Assembly: GCA_035250945.1 (NCBI GenBank)
Contig: DATFES010000426.1
Span: 1 to 27,819 of the forward strand
Direction of reading: 5' to 3'
Length of the DNA stretch: 27,819 nt
Source of the DNA: Alphaproteobacteria bacterium
GTDB lineage: Bacteria; Pseudomonadota; Alphaproteobacteria; CACIAM-22H2
Positions 25,234-27,819 of the stretch are shown here, in pieces; position 1 is the first letter of the stretch, and each line of letters opens with the position of its first letter. A program made the position numbers and the translations under genes. The notes below the pieces were generated by a model. The model was not told where the DNA came from. It saw only the letters and a list, made by a program, of their open reading frames with translations, and did not search any database.

Positions 25234-25908
25234 TCAGATCGATTCGTGTTTCCCTCCGCTCATCGACTTGGCCAGATCGTTGAACGTGTGGTTGACCTTG
25301 TCCCAGTTGGGCAGCGCCCGCATGTTGGCCAGCCAGCGGCGGATGTTCGGATAGGCCGCGTATTCGCAGCCGATCGTATCGCCGGCGGTCAGGATCGCCG
25401 CGCCAAAATAGTCGGCGATGGTGATCTGGTCGCCCAGCAAAAACTTGTTTCGCGGGCCGATATAATGCTCGTCGAGAATCTTGAGCCAGCCCTGCGCACG
25501 CTCCTTGGCCCATGCCAGCGTCGCCGCCTGGACCTTGTCGTCCGGCCGCTTGTGATGCGGAAAGATCTGCGGGTAGATAAATCCGTAGCCCAGGTCGCGA
25601 TACAGGTTGGAGTTAATCCAATCCAGTATCTCGTTGACACGCGCCCGTTTTTTGGGGTCGGTCGGATACGCCGGCGAGCCAAGCTTGTCGGCCAGATATT
25701 TGAGGATAGTCGAGCTCTCGGTCAGCCGAAAATCGCCGTCCTCGAGCACGGGCACCATGCGATTTGGATTGATCGCCGCGTACTGCTCCTTGAGGTGCTC
25801 GCCAGTGAAAAGATCGACCACTTGGAGATCGATCTTGGCGTCGCTGTCGGCGGCGAACATCAGCACCGGCCGGCTCGTCGTCGAGATCGGATGGTAGTAG
25901 AGCTTCAT
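25234..25908 (-). CDS. Glutathione S-transferase family protein
   Basis: MKLYYHPISTTSR, INPNRMVPVLEDGDFRLTESSTILKYL, FLLGDQITIADY. RBS GGAGGA. Confidence 0.93.
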   Translation of the reverse strand: MKLYYHPISTTSRPVLMFAADSDAKIDLQVVDLFTGEHLKEQYAAINPNRMVPVLEDGDFRLTESSTILKYLADKLGSPAYPTDPKKRARVNEILDWINSNLYRDLGYGFIYPQIFPHHKRPDDKVQAATLAWAKERAQGWLKILDEHYIGPRNKFLLGDQITIADYFGAAILTAGDTIGCEYAAYPNIRRWLANMRALPNWDKVNHTFNDLAKSMSGGKHESI

Positions 25909-26064
25909 GAATCCTCCCTGCGGAACGCGATATTGGACGGCAAGCGCCCGAGATTCGCCGGTTGCGAACCCCGGTCTTTCATGGCGCGTGCGCGTCGAGA
26001 TGGCGCACACTAGCACAGGGCCGTCGCGAACGACAATCGACGCGCCGCCGACCCGTCCCGCGCC

Positions 26065-26880
26065 TCACGCGTATTTGAGCGTGATGCCGCCATCGACCGG
26101 CAGCGCCACGCCGGTGACGTACTTCGCCTCGTCGCAGGCGAGGAACAGAGCAGCATATGCGACGTCCCAGGCGTCGCCCATCTTGCCGGTCGGGCATTGC
26201 GCGTCGCGTGCGTCGATCATCTTTTGCACGTCGCCGCCGCCATAGACGTCTTTCAGCGGCGCGACGATCATCGGCGTGTTCATCAATCCCGGCAAAATGC
26301 AATTGCAGCGGATCCCCTGGCGCGCGTATTGCAGCGCGATCGCCCGCGTAAAGGGAATCACCGCGCCCTTGCTGGTGGTGTAGGAGATATACGGCACGCC
26401 GGTCCACCTAATCCCCGCCACCGACGAAATGTTGACGATCGCCCCGCCTCGGCCGCCCGCTTCGAACTGTTTTACCATCTGCGGCAGGACGAATTTGCAC
26501 GTCAGGAACATGGATTTCATGTTGACGCGTACCACGCGGTCCCAGCTTTCCTCGCTCGTCTCGACCGGCCCGCCGACTTCGACGATGCCGACATTGTTGT
26601 GCAGGATGTCGATCCGGCCATAGACCGAGATGCAGCGTTCGACCAATGCGCGGACCTCGTCGCTGCGCGATACGTCGGCGGCGTGCACGGTGCAGGCGCC
26701 GCCCTCGCCGTCGACGATGCGCTTCGTTTCGACGGCGGCGTCGATGCTCAGGTCGACCGCGAACACCTTGGCCCCTTCGCGCGCGAACAGCGTCGCCGCC
26801 GCCTTGCCGTTGCCCCAGCCAGGTCCGACAGATCCTGCGCCGGTCACGATCGCCACCTTGTCCTTCAGCCGTCCCGTCAT
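26065..26880 (-). CDS. Classical SDR oxidoreductase
   Basis: VTGAGSVGPGWGNG (extended TGxxxGxG), NNVG, NISS, YTTSK (YxxxK), PGLMNT, DGG. Confidence 0.93.
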   Translation of the reverse strand: MTGRLKDKVAIVTGAGSVGPGWGNGKAAATLFAREGAKVFAVDLSIDAAVETKRIVDGEGGACTVHAADVSRSDEVRALVERCISVYGRIDILHNNVGIVEVGGPVETSEESWDRVVRVNMKSMFLTCKFVLPQMVKQFEAGGRGGAIVNISSVAGIRWTGVPYISYTTSKGAVIPFTRAIALQYARQGIRCNCILPGLMNTPMIVAPLKDVYGGGDVQKMIDARDAQCPTGKMGDAWDVAYAALFLACDEAKYVTGVALPVDGGITLKYA

Positions 26881-27818
26881 GTGTGCCTCGCTCCCTTCCT
26901 CGCGCCCGTCGCCGCCGACTGCCGCGCCGCGGAATCAGTCGGCGCTTGCAAAACCCACTGCCGCAGTTCCGTCTTGAGAATCTTTCCGTAGTGATTCTTC
27001 GGAAGGTGGTTCACGAATCGATATTCCTTCGGACGCTTGAAACGGGCGATATGTTCCAGGCACAGGCGATCGAGCGCCTCGGCGTTGACCGCATCGGTGC
27101 CGCGCGGCACGACGAAGGCGACCACTTTCTCGCCCCATTCGGGATCGGGCGCGCCTACGACAGACACTTCGGCGACGCCGTCGTGGCGCTGAAGCACGTC
27201 TTCGACCTCGCGCGGGTAGATATTGCTGCCGCCGGAAATGATGAGGTCCTTCGAGCGGTCCTTAAGGGTGAGAAAGCCGCGCGCGTCGAACGTTCCCATA
27301 TCCCCGGTATGCAGCCATCCGTCGCGCAGCGCCGATGCGCTCGCTTCCGGATTGCGCCAATATCCCTTCATCACCGAATCGCCGCGCACCAAAATCTCGC
27401 CGACTTCACCGGTCGGAAGCGGGCGATCATTCGCGTCGACGACCTTGACCTGCACGACGGTCTGCGGCACGCCGGCCGAAGCGAGGCGCGCGTCGTCGCA
27501 GTCCTCGAAGGCTTCCCTGATCATCGTGCGCGTCATGCCGGTGATGGTCATCGGCGATTCGCCCTGGCCATAAAGCTGCGCCAGTTTGAAACCCAGTCGG
27601 CCGATCGCCGACTTGATGTCGGCGAGGTACATCGGCGCTCCGCCGAAGACGATGGTCCGAAGGTTGGCGGTATCGGCACGGCCGGCCGACGGATGCTCCA
27701 CCAGGCGCTTCACCATCGTCGGCGCCGCGAACATCGAGACATGCCGCCAACGGCGAAACAGTTCGCAGATCTCCGGGGGATCGAAATGCCCGCTTTCCGG
27801 CACCACTTGCGTGTTTGC
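26877..27818 (-). CDS. AMP-dependent acyl-CoA synthetase/ligase (5'-truncated by window edge)
   Basis: YGQGES, GEILVRG, GWLHTGD, DRSKDLIISGGSNIYPREVE, GKILK. Frame is open to the window edge. Stop overlaps the SDR start (ATGA). Confidence 0.93.
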   Translation of the reverse strand, partial: ANTQVVPESGHFDPPEICELFRRWRHVSMFAAPTMVKRLVEHPSAGRADTANLRTIVFGGAPMYLADIKSAIGRLGFKLAQLYGQGESPMTITGMTRTMIREAFEDCDDARLASAGVPQTVVQVKVVDANDRPLPTGEVGEILVRGDSVMKGYWRNPEASASALRDGWLHTGDMGTFDARGFLTLKDRSKDLIISGGSNIYPREVEDVLQRHDGVAEVSVVGAPDPEWGEKVVAFVVPRGTDAVNAEALDRLCLEHIARFKRPKEYRFVNHLPKNHYGKILKTELRQWVLQAPTDSAARQSAATGARKGARHT

Positions 27819-27819
27819 G

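Overview
GC-rich bacterial chromosomal DNA, probably alphaproteobacterial, judged from the MoaA/NadK style and the FlmG-like and bactofilin genes. I see no rRNA, tRNA, CRISPR array, integrase or transposase. About 29 real CDSs; most other ORFs in the track are antisense or off-frame shadows. Left to right: (1) a tungsten/molybdenum module with a truncated tupC-like ATPase, tupA, a VOC protein, an excisionase-HTH/oxyanion-binding (TaoR-like) regulator, a divergent multi-[4Fe-4S] protein that looks like a flavin-less HdrA/MvhD fusion, and moaA; (2) two tandem bactofilins and NAD kinase; (3) a cytoplasmic Asp-box beta-propeller gene with a CysO/MoaD-like ubiquitin-fold protein ending in GG, plus an orphan monoheme cytochrome c; (4) a minus-strand run argE, HAD, M14 desuccinylase-like, AbrB membrane protein, FlmG-like TPR glycosyltransferase, divergent from an M81 (MlrC-like) peptidase, a Dpp/Opp-type ABC transporter and an N-formylglutamate amidohydrolase; (5) a minus-strand run of acyl-CoA ligase (truncated), SDR, GST, VOC and a small alpha/beta-barrel protein. 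The best candidates for undescribed biology are the propeller + ubiquitin-like pair and the HdrA/MvhD-like polyferredoxin next to a W/Mo sensor. All family calls come from motif recognition by eye; no database search was run.
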